Below, piece after piece: positions 40,095 to 51,536 of a stretch of DNA of 64,000 nt. Position numbers and translations under genes: made by a program. Below the pieces are notes generated by a model that saw only the letters and a program-made list of their open reading frames with translations, ran no database searches and was not told the DNA's origin. The stretch comes from Raja brachyura (lineage: Eukaryota). Numbering within the stretch: the stretch's first letter is position 1; each line of letters opens with the position of its first letter. The stretch is taken from assembly GCA_963514005.1 (NCBI GenBank), contig OY740814.1, forward strand, positions 12,400,001 through 12,464,000, given 5' to 3'.

Positions 40095-40460
40095 AGAGCC
40101 GCGCGTGCGCACTGCCGGCGGTTGGCGGTTGGCGGTTGGGCCCGGCGCCGCCATGTTGCCGGGCGGGTTGACCTTCCCTCAGCTGACGCTGGCGGCCGTC
40201 GTGGGGGTGGCGGGCGGACTGTACATCTACGGGCCGCTGTATAAACAATATCGCCTGGAACAAGCCAAGGCGCAGGGCAACCCGGCTCCCGGCGCCGAGA
40301 GCGGCCGCACCGACGACTCAGCGCCGCCTCGGGCCCCGGACGGTGACGGTAAAGCGGGCGGCGAGGCCGGTTAGTGCAAGTGCTCCCCGGCCCCCGGCCC
40401 CTGGCCCCCGGCCTTTCACCGCTCAATGTGAGGCAGCGTCGTGGCAGCTCCCCGCGGGAC
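40095..40460. promoter_or_regulatory. CpG island / PIGBOS1 promoter with NRF1-like site
   Basis: Dense CpG, GCGCGTGCGCA at 40101-40111, (GGCGGTT)x3 from 40117. Confidence 0.7.
40153..40374 (+). CDS. PIGBOS1: PIGBOS1 mitochondrial outer-membrane microprotein, 73 aa
   Basis: Kozak gccgccATG. MLPGGLTFPQLTLAAVVGVAGGLYIYGPLYKQY resembles human [32 protein letters not shown]. Same strand as and downstream of CCPG1, as in mammals. Confidence 0.9.
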   Translation: MLPGGLTFPQLTLAAVVGVAGGLYIYGPLYKQYRLEQAKAQGNPAPGAESGRTDDSAPPRAPDGDGKAGGEAG

Positions 40461-42771
40461 AGTCTTGCAACTGCTGGCTCACTGCAGCTGGGCATCGAAC
40501 ATTGCCCATTACCCATGTTCTCCAGAGATGCCTTTATGTAAATCAAAATATTGGTATGACTTTTGACATGCGAAACAATAGACTATAAACAAATTCTTTA
40601 AATTGGGTATTAGTCTATTGGGTTACAATATGCATATTTAATTTTATAGTTTTGCTTAGTTATATTAACTATGTTTATAATGATATTCTTAATCATCCAA
40701 ATAATTATGTAGTAAGGAACTCTGAGCCAAATACTTGGTAGAAATAAGTGCCACTTTTTTTGTAGAATACTGTGACTACAATGATGATTGTTGGATGCTT
40801 CATCTTGAGTTTTACTGTAGCATTATTGAATAAGCGAGTTCGGTATTCCGACTGCGCATGTCCAGGTCATAGGTCATTGGAGAAAAACATTCTCGGCAGC
40901 TGAGCAGCTGTGTGCATACGGACCTGCGTTTCATCCGTAGTCAGGATCGAACCCGCGTCTCTGGCACTGCAAGTGCTGTTGAATTGCTACTGGAGTTAGC
41001 AACACTATTTCTCCCTTCTCCACTGGTTCATGCAGAAATCTCAGCAGTGTCAATCTGATGAATCACTGTCCGGTCCCCCTCAGCCTGGGTGTATGGGTTC
41101 CATTCTCACTCGGGCAGCCCTCCCGGGTTATACAGGGGCTGAACCACGTGCTCCTCTCCTGCATAACCCCAGCAGGCAGATTTGTGAGCAGTGTCTCACT
41201 ACTGTTCCCTCCTGAGTGTGCCATCCCTGTCCGGGTGCGGCCAGAGATGTCCAGGGTGACCCTGGACTGAAGGGACACCGGCCCGGAGCAGTGGTGACCC
41301 CAGGCTTACAGCCAGCACGAAGAAGAAGCGCAAACTCCAGCTCAACTCTGTTCCAACTCCCGAGGAAACCGTTCCCTGACGGGCCGTGGACCGTCAGCTG
41401 CACCTTTCGCCGTGTCCAGTGGCTGTCGGTTAATCCCCCGTGGTGCCGGCGATAGCCGAGCACCAGTCATCAACGGGGATACACACAAAATGCTGCAGTA
41501 ACTCCGCGGGTCAGGCAACATCTCTGGAGAAGGGTTTCGACCCAAAACATCACCTATTCCTTTTCTCCAAAGATGGTGACTGTCTCGCTGAGTTACTATA
41601 GCATTTTGTGTGTATTTTAAAATTCTTCTCTTTTTGGTATTTTAAGAACTCTGCCATTCTGCCAGCAGCTATCATTATGGTTCTCTCGTTATGGTCTTTT
41701 GCACATTTTTATTTTTAGCAGTCACAGTTTTAAAATCTGGAAGATTTCCCCTAAATCTACCAAACTCCCTTTTCCTGCTTCAAGGCACTCTGTTAAACCT
41801 TTTTGGGCAAATCTTTACTATAATATATTCTTAAATTGCTTGGCATCAAGTTTTGTTAATAATATTTCCTGAATGCACCATGGTACATTATGCTATTGTT
41901 AAAGGTGCCATATTAAAAATGCATATTTAGGAAAAGAAACACCATGGAGTGTATCAAAAGGCACAATAACTATTCAGGTAATCATTGCAATGTGATGTTT
42001 ATTCTCAGTCTTCCCAAGTTCTGTGGGTTCTTTGAGACTATAAGCAGTTTTTTCTATATTTCTGCAGAAGCTGAAGTCACTGAGTAGGAAATGGATGAAT
42101 ACTGTTGAATGAAAACTTTGCACTGCTGAGCTGGACAAAATACCATTCTGCAACAATTACAATGGTTCAAGGACAAAGATGACCATTGCCTTCTTAACTA
42201 AGGATGGACAATAAATGTTACTTTCACCAACACCAAAAGACATGAGAACAGATAATAAAGCATTGCCACACAAAAATATATATTTTTTACCACTCTTGCT
42301 TTTATAATATACGACTACCCACTAGTATATGAGTAGTATCAAGTTGTTGGGCTTGATCTAGGTGGGTGAGACCTTAAGTATTGAAGAATTTAAGAATGTA
42401 GAAGGAGGAATAGGATGTGCAGTCTTGTGGTGGAAGAATATCTCTTGCACAGTCCATTCTTTGGCTACATAGTTATTCATCTATAGAAGGGAAGGAAAGA
42501 GGTTTGTTTGCCTTACTGCTGCATTCTTTGATTGAACAAACCATAAAAATGTTATAAACATTTAGCAAAAAGGTAAAGCATATCCAGCAAAAAGTATTTT
42601 AGATATCATGTTATAATCAATCCAACATGAAAAAGTGTGTGATCAATAGCTTCCACAATCCCCTCTTTCTGCTTGATTATCTCCTGCTTAGAGATCACTA
42701 TGTGGTGGTCTCATGCTTAAGGTATTCCTTTGTTCATTTGAAGTCTTAGTTATCATAATGTTACTCCAGCA

Positions 42772-44950
42772 ATGGCTACATCGACAGTTCAGTGCAAAAG
42801 GGAGGCTTGTCAGGATTTGCCGGGGTGTCTAGAGCACATGGGAGTGGTGACCCAGCTCATCAGAGAAGCCAGGGAGGACAAGGGAAAACTGACAGTGCTC
42901 TGGCTTGACCTGGCCAACACCTACGGCTCCATCCCGCACAAGCTGATCCAGACAGTCATGGCCAAGCATCATGTGCCGGGCCAAGTGGCAGATCTCATCC
43001 TGGACTATTATAACCAGTTCAGCATGAGATTCTCATCAGGGTCAGTAACATCAGAGTGGCACAGACTGGAGGTTGGGATCATCACAGGCTGTACCATCTC
43101 TGTGATCCTTTTTGCCTTGGCGATGAACATGTCTGTCAAGTCTGCTGAGCCAGAGTGCCAGGGCCCTCGGACCAAGTCAGGAGTGCGCCAACCACCAATC
43201 AGAGCCTTCATGGACGACCTGACTGTCACCACTGAGTCAGTGCCAGGAGGCAGGGGTTGGAGAAACTGATTGGATGGGCAAGGATGACGTTTAAGCCAGG
43301 AAAATCTAGGCCACTGGTGCTGAAGAAGTGCAAAGTAATGGACAGGTTCCGCTTCAGCATCGAAGGGACACCAATCCCAACTGTCCGAAAGGCCAGTGAA
43401 GAATCTTGGCAAGGTGTTTAACAGCAGCCTGAAGGATACAGCATCAGTCCAGGCAACCTGTCAGGAGCTGGAGAGTTGGTTGAGAGCAGTGGACCGGTTG
43501 GGTCTTCCTAGCAAGTTCAAGGCATGGATTTACCAGCATGGTACCCGGCCAAAGATACTCTGGCCACTGCTTGTCTACGAAGTCCCAATATCCATCGTAG
43601 AGAGATTGGAGAGGAAAGTCAGCAGCTTTCTCAAAAGGCTGGGACAGCCCAGGAGCCTTAGCAGCATCGCCCTTTATGGAAATAACACCAAGCCCCAGCT
43701 GCCCATGAAGTCCCTAGAGGAGGTGTTTAAGGTGACTCGGGCCAGAGAGGTGATGCTGTACAGGGACTCCAGCGACCCCAAGGTGGCTCTGGCAGGGGTG
43801 GAGGTGAAAAGGTGGAGAGCCGGCAAAGCGGTGCTGCAAGCGGAGTCTCAGATACGCCACGGAGTCCTGGTGGGAGCAGCGAATCGGGGAAGAGCTGGCC
43901 TGGGAATCTTCCCATCTCCCCAGTTTGACAAGGCCAAGGGGAAGGAGAGGCGCAGGCTGGTCCAGGAGGAAGTGAGGGCAGTGGTGGTGGAGGAGGAGAG
44001 GTGTACCAGAGCAGTTGGATTGAGGCAGCAGGGAGCCTGGACAAGGTGGGAGCAGGCCATGGACCGAAACGTCACATGGACTGAGCTCTAGCAGGCTGTA
44101 CCACAGCGCATCAAGTTCCAGGTCTAGGCAGTGTTTGATGTCCTTCCCAGCCCATCGAACCTGTTCATCTGGGGCAAAACGGAATCTCCAGATTGCCCGC
44201 AATGCTCAGGCAAGGGGACGTTGGAACACATCCTGAGCTGCTGCCCAAAGGCTCTTGGGCAGGGCCGGTACACCTGGCGTCACGACCAGGTTCTTAAACC
44301 CATTGCAGAAGCCATCAGCACCTGCAGATGATCACCTTTGTGAAGGCCGGAGTGCAGCTGCCAAGAACCACAGCAGCCAGGAATCCTGGCGACTGCGCAG
44401 GACTGGCAGCTTTCCATAGACCTCGTGAAACAGCTTAAGTTCCCAAAGCACATTGCCACGACCACCCTGAGGCCAGATATCCTCCTGGTCTCAGAGGCGA
44501 CCAAACACATCGTCTTGTTGGAACTGACAGTGCTGTGGGAGGACCGTTTGGAGGAGGCTCAAGAGAGGAAGATGACCAAGTATGAAGAGCTGGTCATAGA
44601 CTGCCGTAAGCAGGGCTGGAAGGCAAAGTGTATGCCCATCGAGGTTGGCTGCAGAGGATTTGCAGGGCAATCGCTCTACCAAGCCTTGAGTGCACTGGGC
44701 ATCAGTGGCGAGGAGAAGAGCTATCAAGAACACCACAGAGGCAGCGGAGACGGCCTCGAGATGGCTCTGGATCAGGAGAGAAGGTCCATGGGGAGGAGCG
44801 AATGCCACCTGAACACAAGTCGTCGTGTGATCAACCATGGCTGGGTCGCCTGGGTGAGTGTGTCTGATGTTGAAAGACCCGAAACACCCAATGACCCCAG
44901 GTTACATCACTGATGATGTGTTCAGGAGCATCAATAGATGCATTTGTATC
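42772..44950 (+). mobile_element. HERO/R2-group non-LTR retrotransposon (RT + zinc knuckle + restriction-like endonuclease), 5'-truncated, disrupted
   Basis: WLDLANTYGSIPH, GIITGCTIS, AFMDDL (RT); CPQC…EHILSCC, YTWRHDQVL; LRPDILL…LELTV…ERKMTKY, PIEVGCRGF (RLE). Several stops and frameshifts. Confidence 0.9.
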
Positions 44951-45924
44951 AATCTAGATTCAGGCCTTATCTCTCCAATTGCCACATTGTTCACAGAGGC
45001 CTTATCTCGTGCTGCTATACAAGACTGATCTAACTTGGTGAGTAGGAATGCACCCTGTCTACCATTATGTGTTTACAAAATGCAGGTAAGCCCTACAGGC
45101 TAGGTCCATGTGCCTGACCACTTCAAGCCTGTGAACCTGTTCTGCTGTTCAGTAGGATCTTAGCCAGTTTTATGCCATGGGATCACTTTTCCATGATTCA
45201 AATATTTCTTGATTCCCTTAGTATCCAGGTGTGGCCTCCTGGGCTAGAATATTGCAATGTTTAAGAGGAACTAGCCTCATCTGAAGTCTGCAATGGATGC
45301 TGTATGAAGCCAGAGGTAACGTACAGTTTTTAGGTAAGATAAATGTAAACAATGTCTGCTGGTTATGGACCCTAAACGTACAGGACAGTCCTAAATATTA
45401 AAAGCCTGCCTTTCGGGTGTATTTACGAAACACCATTGCATTAAGAAAAGAGTAGCCTTTTTTTTTGAAAATTTTTTTAGAATGTTTTTTGGAAATATTA
45501 GTTGATATTAGGTCAGTTAAACTTTAAATTTGAGATTAATCTTTGTTAATCTATTAACATAAAGGATTATGATGCAAAAGCAGATCATAGATGGATTACA
45601 GATTGGTCTGATCTCATTGAATGTATAATATGCTTTAGGGTGTAATGACCTATTGAGTTTGGGCACATTTATTAGCCTTTTGCTTTATTATTCTCACTTA
45701 CTAAAATACGGTGAAAAACGGTGCCCTCCAATCAAACTACATGAGTACAGTCAAGCCATACACAAGTACAATTGGTCCTGCAAACAAAAAATACGTAAGT
45801 GCAGAATATTGTATTATAGTGTTATAGATCCAGAGTAAATGCAGTTTTATTTAAAAGTGCAAGGGCCGCAATGAGGTTGATTGGGGGATCTGTACTACTT
45901 CCTTGGCTTATGAAAAAAGTTAAG

Positions 45925-46320
45925 AGTGTTTTGTACCAAAATGAAATTATGAAGTTCTCACTTGCAGCAGCACAACAGATTTGTAAATGCAGTACTCAAT
46001 AGATAATATAATAAACAAACAGAAACAAATTAAGTAAATAAATAAATCCAATATATTGCAATAAAACCCAAACAAATCCCAAAGTCATGAGTGCAATCAA
46101 GGCAATTCAGAGTTTAGTTGGAGTTCGTAATGTTCAACAGCCTGATGGCCATTGGGAAGAAGTTGTTCTGGTACGTGGACATTACACTTTTCACTCATAT
46201 ACCTTTACTCCCGATATGGCAGAAGTGAAATGAGAGTGTGGCCAGGGTGGTGTTGGTCCTTGATGATGCTGGATACTGTTTTGAGACAGTGCTTCCTCTA
46301 AGTTCCTATGATGATTTTAC
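45925..46320 (-). mobile_element. Rex1/Babar 3' end, degraded
   Basis: Same 3' UTR pattern as 32460-32760. Confidence 0.65.
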
Positions 46321-46473
46321 TGACTATGAGAGCAAAGCCATTTTGTATGAAGGAGCTGCAGAGGCTGGTTTAAACCAAAGATAGACACACCATGCTGGAG
46401 TAAGTGTGCGGGACAGGCAGCATCTCTGGTGAGAAAGAATGAGTGAAGCTTCCTGTCGAGACCCGTTTCGGGT

Positions 46474-46501
46474 CTGAAGAAGTGTCGCCACCCGAAACGT
46501 C
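46474..46501 (+). ncRNA. Hammerhead core copy (one stem II mismatch)
   Basis: CTGAAGA-A-GTGT(CGCC)ACCC-GAAAC-GTC. Confidence 0.5.
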
Positions 46502-46849
46502 ACACATTCCTTCACTCCAGAGATGCTGCATGTCCTGCTGAGTTACTCCAGTAATGTGTGTCTTTTAGAGCAAAATCATTGTTAAACAATTTCAACAATG
46601 GTCCTGCTACATCCTACAAATCTCAACTGGGCCTGTCAAACATCTTCCGTCTCATACCCATCTTGCTCTTTGTTTTCTGTCTCAATGCCATTCTCTTCCT
46701 ACCATCATCTTTGGCATTTATTCTCTCCCACAAACTATTCAATAGCAGGGGCATTTTTGTCTTTGGCTTCCTCTGTCCCATCCCATCCCCCACCCCCACC
46801 AGCCCTATTTAAATGCCTGCATAAGTTTCTATGAATTGTTCCCAAGATG

Positions 46850-47560
46850 ACATAAAAGCAAAGGCATCAAAGAAAATGTGATTAGAGGTACAGACGCACC
46901 CAAGGCTGTCAGCGTGGTTGCCATCTTTCCATTGTCCTGTTCAAAATGAGCATCAAATGCATTGAACTCATCAGAGGGGGATGCGTTGTTGCCAGCAATA
47001 CTGCCTGACTTCACTTTGTAGCTTTTTATGATATGAAAACCTTGCCACAATCGATGGGTGTCATCGATTCCTGAGATTCCGACCTGGTCTGGAATTCCCT
47101 CTTGGCATCCTTGATGGCTTTGCGAAAGTCATATACAGATTTCTTGGGATCGTTTGACTTTGAATGATGCAGACTTGGATTTCATCCGGGAATGCATCTC
47201 ATGGTTCACCTATGGTCACTGTCTTCTTTGGTACACAGTCCTCTGCATACATACTGACAAAGTCTACTCATTTAGTTTGGCCACAGAGAATTAAGCGAAG
47301 CTGTGGTCCTGGTACTGATCCCTGTGAAACTCCCTTGTACACTTTCCTCCAATCTGAAAAAATACTGTAACCATTCTCCAGGGTTACACTTGAAGAGGTG
47401 GTTTGATTAAACCTTTCATTTTTTTCAGACATTTTCAGATCCAAGAATTGAGAATTTTGATGATGGAAGTCCATATATTCTGCATTTTCTTCACTGACTT
47501 TTCTGTTACATCATCAAAAAACTGTTAGATATGATTTGCCCTTAAAAATATTCGGTGATA
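46850..47560 (-). mobile_element. Adjacent degraded LINE fragments (Rex/Babar-like then CR1-like)
   Basis: DEFNAFDAHFE segment; FSDWRKVYKGVSQGSVPGP segment. Confidence 0.6.
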
Positions 47561-50500
47561 ATTGGTTTATATTTGTATGATGTTTGGTATGACTATTATA
47601 AATTTGATTGAATATTTTGTGGTGTGGTTTATTTTTGCCTTATGGCAGGCAGTTGACACAATGAGCAGTGAAAAAAAAGCAATTTAGTGAATGGGGAATT
47701 GGGGTTATGGTTGCTTGCATTTCATGCAAATCATTTCTTCACACACATCCTTGCCTAAATAAAGCTGCCATGGTTGCCTCACCCTGCTCACTTCCCTCCT
47801 TCTCCACCCTCGCATGTTCATGCTTCTCAGTTGATTTGGGCGTAGCTGGTGACAAAGCCTGAAAACGCACAATAGTGAGGTTGGGTGCAAGTTGCAGCGG
47901 TTGTACCAGCACTACAGCATTTTACAGCTCTTCCACAGCTGATTTTGTCGTCGCACTCAAGAATCGTAAACTACTACAACTACCTGCTGAGAGCCGTTGT
48001 AATCAAGTCATCTCATCTTTGGTTAGCCCTGTGTTTCAACTGCAAATGAAATTAAACAAATGCGTCATGAATATTGGAATATGATCTACATGAGAAGCTG
48101 CTTTTGGGCGCACACCTGTTAGTTGCCAAGGGAATGAACCCTTGGTGGGTAGCAGGAAATGACTAATTCAACACACGTTAGTCACAAAGCATATGGTCAG
48201 AAGGTTGCATTCTTAGCAGAGCAATGTGCTACCTCTGCGTGCTAGTCCCTGGCAAGATAGCATGAGATGTAATTAACTTTCAGAAAAGACAGCCTCCTCG
48301 TCCTGCCTGATGCAATAGTGATGAGAACTTGCAAGATGTTGCAACAATATCCAGTTTCAGTTTGGAAGGAGCGAGGCACATAAATAATCATTAATATGGT
48401 CACCTTGACAACAACGACAATGTGTTCCTGACCTAGCAATTGACGGTTTTGGCTGTGGCAAGTGAAATATTTCAGTGAGATCATCCTTTCTGAAGGGCAG
48501 GCATCCCACTCATTCCTCCTCCCCAAAGTTCAAGTAGGAGAACTGGTCCCTCCACAGCCAGGGTGATAGGAAATCTTCATGAATATTCACACATTTTTAA
48601 TCTCATAAACAATTTGGATTTGTATGTTACAATAAGGTACTCCTCAATGCTGGTATTTATTATAGTGACATTCATTTTTGAGGTTGAATGTTAAGCACAC
48701 GGCTGACTCATCCAGGAGCTAGACATCATTCTCGATGTCTGAGTTGTTAATGGGTTTTTGAAAACCTGGACAGTTACGACAGTTAGTGAAGGTTACTGCA
48801 AAACTTTTGGATTGGTATAAAATCCCAAGTGGTTTATTTATGCTCTTCAGAAAAGGACATCTTCCATGTTCTCTGTTTTGACCAACAAACAACACCATTG
48901 CTATCTGTTGAGGTTTCCTGCTAGCGGTTCTCGGAAGTGACCCTGCAAGCACTTGTACACAAGATCCAAAGATCCTTCTGGGTTTCCAGGACTGAGCAAT
49001 AATTGATGACCTTTCAGACATTGTCCATGTTCAAAGGGTTAGTTTTTAAAAAGGAGCAAAGTAGTGTTGCATTTTAACTATCCTATGATGAAAATGTCCA
49101 TATATTCTTTTCTTAGAAAAGGCTAAATTGGGAAGATGAGGAACATCTTGACATGATGAGCATTTTTCTTTCCTTGCTGTGAAGAACTAAGCTGTCAGCT
49201 CAACATAATGACAGCTTAGCTTTAAATTGCAACTGCGTGACCTCAATCAATAATTACAGGCCTTGTTCGTTCACCCTGTTTTTGGTTTCAGCTATTTTGT
49301 GCTATAATTCTGTACATATGAAACATCTTTTTAAAAATAGATGAAAATAGAAAATGACCAAACTTGGAAAATGCTATGGGAGGTCTAAAATTCATGGAAG
49401 ACTATCAGTTTTTTTTTTAGGATTGGTTGAATTTGGTCAATGTACATTTATATTAAATGTGGTTTGGGACTCTTGGTTTCAAAGTTAAGAATGTTCCAAT
49501 TCTTCCTCTGGTCACCTTCAACAGTAAATTTTCCTCTCTTCCCCAAATGTAATTTGAATGAGTCTGTTTGGTTTATATTTATGGATTTTAGTTATTTAAA
49601 AACATTAAATGTTACACATTGAAATGTAGTTCTGCATCCTGATTTTGGTTAATTGCACAATTTTCTTTAGAAAGCTAATGATGAACAATAATAACATTAC
49701 AATACCTTATATTGAAAAAATACTGCTGCTATTAATTAGTTTAACATGGCTGTGCTGATTATAAACTATTGGCATAACTCTTTGATTCTCCCCATATTAT
49801 TATGTTCAACTTTGCGGCTATTTAACTTATTGTCTCGTTACTGCTACCCTAAATTTGTTCTATTAAAATCTAGATTTCCCTCAAAACTGGAGCCTCATAA
49901 TCATGCTTGGTAAAGGAGGAGGAGGAAGCTATAAATTGCGATTTTCCAGTTCTTTATCTTGCCAAAAAAAGCTTCATGACCATCTCAGTAAGTAGAATTC
50001 TTTGCTGAAATGGTAAAAAAAAAGTTGGTGTAGTTGAGAGCTAAGTGCACATTCTGACCACAGTCAGTTCCTTTATTGGTATTTTGGACTTGCACAATAT
50101 GTTTACTGTGCTTAAATGTTTTATGTTGCAAATGGTGGGGGGGGGGTTAAAGTAGTGATGGATGACGAGCATCTTAATGAAAGAACAACTTTGCTACATG
50201 TGAGTCATCGGTCAAGGTAGGAATATAATCTGCAGGGTCTGAAGCAGGATCCTGGCCTGAAATGTCACCCATCCATGTTCTACTGAGTTGCTGCCTGACC
50301 TGTTGAATTATTCCAACATTGTGTGTCTTCCATTGTGAACCAACATCTGCAGTTTCTTGTTTATAAGAAAATAATTTACATTGATAAATAAGGCCAGAAG
50401 GAAACAGTGACTGCTATTAGTGTGCAGGAAGGAACACCATATGCTGGTTTAAATTAAAGTTAGACACAAAGGAAGGATGCCATTAAACTGGAAAGGGTGC

Positions 50501-51508
50501 AGAAAAATCTAACTAGACAAATGGAATTAGCTCAACTTTATTGGCATGGATGAGATGGGCCAAAGGGCCTGTATGGATAAGATGAGCCAAAGGGCCTGTT
50601 TCCTTGCTGTATAAATCTGTGACATTGATCCCTAATCAAAAGCTTGCACCATTTCATGTAGCTCAGCATGTAATCAGTCCCATTTTAGAAAAGCCAAACA
50701 CTGAGAATTCCTTGTACTTTGTACTTTCATTAAACAGAAGTATATTTTTAAGATGCCATTACAGAATCTAAACATTGTAGTAATGGTTTATCTAATCACT
50801 TGTAATGTTCAACCATTTCATCCAGATTGCTTGGGCACTCCTTGGAAATCAGTAACAACGATGTATGTACATGGTATGGGGGGAGTTTATGTTACTTGGC
50901 TGAGGAACGATGATGTTGAAGGTAGTGCAGGGTTATCTCCAGAGTCGAAGAGTCATACAGCACAGAAACCAGTGTGGCGACTGGCGACCAGTATAGCGTG
51001 CAGGCCCCTACTTTAGACTTATCGAATGTTTTATAAAATTATATCCTAACCTCCCTGCTCTAACATTCCATGCCCTGGCAAGTATCTCATATGCCTTCCT
51101 CACCACTTTATCTATCTATGCTGCCACCATTGCACAATAAAGCTCCTCAAATCCTCAATACTACCCAGGATCCAATCATTCATTTTGTTTGTCCTACACT
51201 TAGCAGTCATCTTAAAATGCATAACCTTCAGCTTTCTTTGTTGATATTTTGCTATTCCTATCCTTGTTTGCCTATTCATTTGTATTGATTTGTTCAAGTA
51301 GGATATTAAGTCAGACAATGTAATTAGCTTGCTGCTTTGCTGCACCACGTGAGATACTTTCCATCTGTAATTCAATACCAAATCTTCCCCATTGTGATAC
51401 ACTGCAGGTCATTGCCTATGTCCTGTCTGGGCATAGCTCCGAAGATAGACACAAAATGCTGGAGTAACTCAGTAGGTCAGGCAGCATCTCGGGAGAAAAG
51501 GAATAGGT

Positions 51509-51536
51509 GACGTTTCAGGTCGAAACCCTTCTTCAG
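51509..51536 (-). ncRNA. Hammerhead core copy
   Basis: Reverse complement reads CTGAAGA-A-GGGT(TTCG)ACCT-GAAAC-GTC. Confidence 0.6.

Noticed and set aside
40105-40152. GTG-initiated N-terminal extension of PIGBOS1 in the ORF track
   Set aside because: ATG at 40153 has a strong Kozak context and aligns with the known N-terminus.
39995-40546. 183-aa minus-strand ORF opposite PIGBOS1 (possible PIGB exon 1)
   Set aside because: Arg/Pro-rich antisense shadow of a GC-rich island; no PIGB-like sequence.
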